This document shows positions 5,049 through 6,597 of a stretch of DNA of 6,597 nucleotides, one piece after another. Source of the stretch: Promethearchaeia archaeon (GTDB taxonomy: Archaea; Asgardarchaeota; Lokiarchaeia; Sigyniarchaeales; SOKP01); the NCBI GenBank assembly GCA_046497275.1, contig JAWOFX010000132.1, positions 1 to 6,597 on the forward strand, read 5' to 3'. The translations under genes and the position numbers were made by a program. The notes under the pieces are model-generated. The model was not told where the DNA came from, made no database searches, and was given only the letters and a program-made list of their open reading frames with translations. How positions within the stretch are numbered: position 1 is the first letter of the stretch; each line of letters begins with the position of its first letter.

Positions 5049-6287
5049 TTGTTGTTATGGGAAAATAAGAAACAGAAATTTTTAAAAATCCTAAAGATTG
5101 GAATGAATCCCTTTAGAAGATTTGTAGCTACAGGTGAAATCACAGAACATTTGGGTTTGGTTGATTCCAGAAGAGAACTTTTAACCAATATAAAAACAAT
5201 AATCGGTGAGGATGAAAATTTTATTCTTCCACTCATAGGGGAGATTGGTGTTGGTAAAACACATTTATTCTGGGCTTTAAAATCTGAAGTTAGACTTCAA
5301 TTCAATACAATTTATATTTCACTAGATAACATCTACAAGAAATTCTACTATAATCTTTATTCTGAATTTATAGATGAATTGGGACTTATAGAATTAAGGA
5401 GAATAACAAATAATCTATGTAATAAATGGGGGGCATACAAAAAGAGATATGGGTTTTTTCAAGTTGTAGATATGCAAAAAGCACGAAAAAATGCATTTAT
5501 CGAATGGAAAGACTCATTTTCTAATATAACTGCTCTTGAAGAAGCGATTAATGTTATTACATGTCATCAATTGGATCCTTATAACAAAATTGAGGCTGAA
5601 AATTATTTACTCGGTGAATTGATGAATATCAGAGAACTTTTAATGCTTAATGTGGAAAATGATCTAAGAAAAAAACAAAATGCCTATACTATGCTAAAAA
5701 TTCTTATTGAAAATTCTAAATATGGAACAATCATATTTATTGATGATTTCGAAATAATTATTTCATTATTAAAAGGAGAAGAGGAAAAAGAGACGTATTT
5801 TGATTCTAGTTGGCTTTATGGAGCTGAAGAGTCTCCCGATAGTATTGCAGCCAAGAAGATTTTAAAAAAAATAATGAATTTATTGAATATTAAAGGATTA
5901 AGAATCATTATTACCTTAAATTCGGTTAAATCTTTAGAAGAAATAAAAGAATTGATTACTGAGAAAAACAAGGATTTCTTAATGATATTTAAAAAACCTC
6001 GTTTTCTGTATAAGTTTGAAAAAGAGGATATTTTTAATTTCTATAAAAATAATATGAAATTATTTTTAAAAAATGTCAAGCGCCCTCACCTTTTAGAAGA
6101 AATAGAAAATCCATATTATCCACTCAATGAGGAGCTACTTAAAAAAATTTATAACAAAACAAATGGTAATCCTCGTAAGATTATAAAGGCCCTAATTGAG
6201 ATCTTTAATAAGATTATTTACGATAATAAAGAAATTGAAGAAATATTAAAGGAAAATAATACAGATGAATATATTAGAGATTTCTAA
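5049..6287 (+). CDS. P-loop NTPase, AAA+/BrxD (DUF2791)-like
   Basis: Walker A is GEIGVGKT (res 64-71, nt 5238-5261) and Walker B is IIFIDDFE (res 228-235, nt 5730-5753). It also has a sensor-1-like IIITLN and the lid motif YPLNEELLKKIYNKTNGNPRKII (GNPR at nt 6165-6176). The long helical insert between the Walker motifs, with AENYLLGE, recalls BrxD-like ATPases. The start is TTG 5049/5052 or ATG 5103. Confidence 0.85.
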   Translation: MLLWENKKQKFLKILKIGMNPFRRFVATGEITEHLGLVDSRRELLTNIKTIIGEDENFILPLIGEIGVGKTHLFWALKSEVRLQFNTIYISLDNIYKKFYYNLYSEFIDELGLIELRRITNNLCNKWGAYKKRYGFFQVVDMQKARKNAFIEWKDSFSNITALEEAINVITCHQLDPYNKIEAENYLLGELMNIRELLMLNVENDLRKKQNAYTMLKILIENSKYGTIIFIDDFEIIISLLKGEEEKETYFDSSWLYGAEESPDSIAAKKILKKIMNLLNIKGLRIIITLNSVKSLEEIKELITEKNKDFLMIFKKPRFLYKFEKEDIFNFYKNNMKLFLKNVKRPHLLEEIENPYYPLNEELLKKIYNKTNGNPRKIIKALIEIFNKIIYDNKEIEEILKENNTDEYIRDF

Positions 6288-6597
6288 GCAGAATTCTCTG
6301 ATAAGTATCAATTTCCTTTAGGAATTCTTCCTTATGTTTAATATTCCATTCGGAGTTTTCAATTCTTTCTCTGAATTTTTCGACATTGATAACAGATTGA
6401 AAAAATAAAGTTAATATTGTTCTGAACGCTTGCTTATTTATATCTTTAAATGTCTCTTGATTATCAAGAATTTCGAATAATTGTTTTTCATTCTTAATTT
6501 GGTTTTGTAATATTTTTTTGCAGTTATTTAAAACCTCAGAATCTCGGGTATCCAAGCCTATTAATAAATTTTTAATAATATTAAATTCGGGATTTTT
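6274..6597 (-). CDS. 3' end of a gene entering from the right edge (partial); predicted alpha-helical protein of unknown function
   Basis: The frame has no stop between 6597 and the TTG at 6555 and reads KNPEFNIIKNLLIGLDTRDSEVLNNCKKIL... The 93 aa ORF in the track is therefore probably the C-terminus of a longer protein. Its end overlaps the ATPase 3' end by 14 nt (6274-6287). Confidence 0.7.
   Translation of the reverse strand, partial: KNPEFNIIKNLLIGLDTRDSEVLNNCKKILQNQIKNEKQLFEILDNQETFKDINKQAFRTILTLFFQSVINVEKFRERIENSEWNIKHKEEFLKEIDTYQRILLRNL

Noticed and set aside
4997-5236. 79 aa minus-strand ORF
   Set aside because: It is antisense to two longer plus-strand genes and has no motif.
5049-6287. 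Calling the ATPase part of a BREX system, or Cdc6/Orc1
   Set aside because: No pglZ, pglX, brxC or brxHII gene is in the window. There is no room for a C-terminal winged-helix domain after GNPR, as Cdc6/Orc1 would need.
1-6597. tRNA, rRNA, CRISPR array, intein or transposon signatures
   Set aside because: I saw no GC-rich structured segment, regularly spaced repeats, terminal inverted repeats or transposase motifs. MetRS and the RtcB-like protein have no intein-sized insertion.

Overview
This is a very AT-rich window (judged by eye, not counted), most consistent with an Asgard archaeon such as Lokiarchaeia. That assignment is inferred from a Roadblock/LC7 protein and a TACK/eukaryote-type MetRS. 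In order, it contains: the last 22 codons of an upstream Cys-rich gene (1-69, +); a Roadblock/LC7 protein with a ~60 aa C-terminal extension (127-705, +); metG with a fused C-terminal Trbp111-like OB domain and a probable TTG start (920-2968, +); a convergent 414 aa ORF (3010-4254, -); a divergently transcribed pair made of a 212 aa unknown protein (4393-5031, +) and a BrxD/DUF2791-like P-loop ATPase (5049-6287, +); and the 3' end of a gene entering from the right edge (6274->6597, -). The most notable item is the 414 aa ORF. It keeps the full ordered set of RtcB RNA-ligase metal ligands, the nucleotidylated His and the C-terminal Lys, but its GTP-recognition motifs are remodelled, so it looks like a highly divergent RtcB-fold family. 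No RNA genes, mobile elements or CRISPR arrays were recognised.
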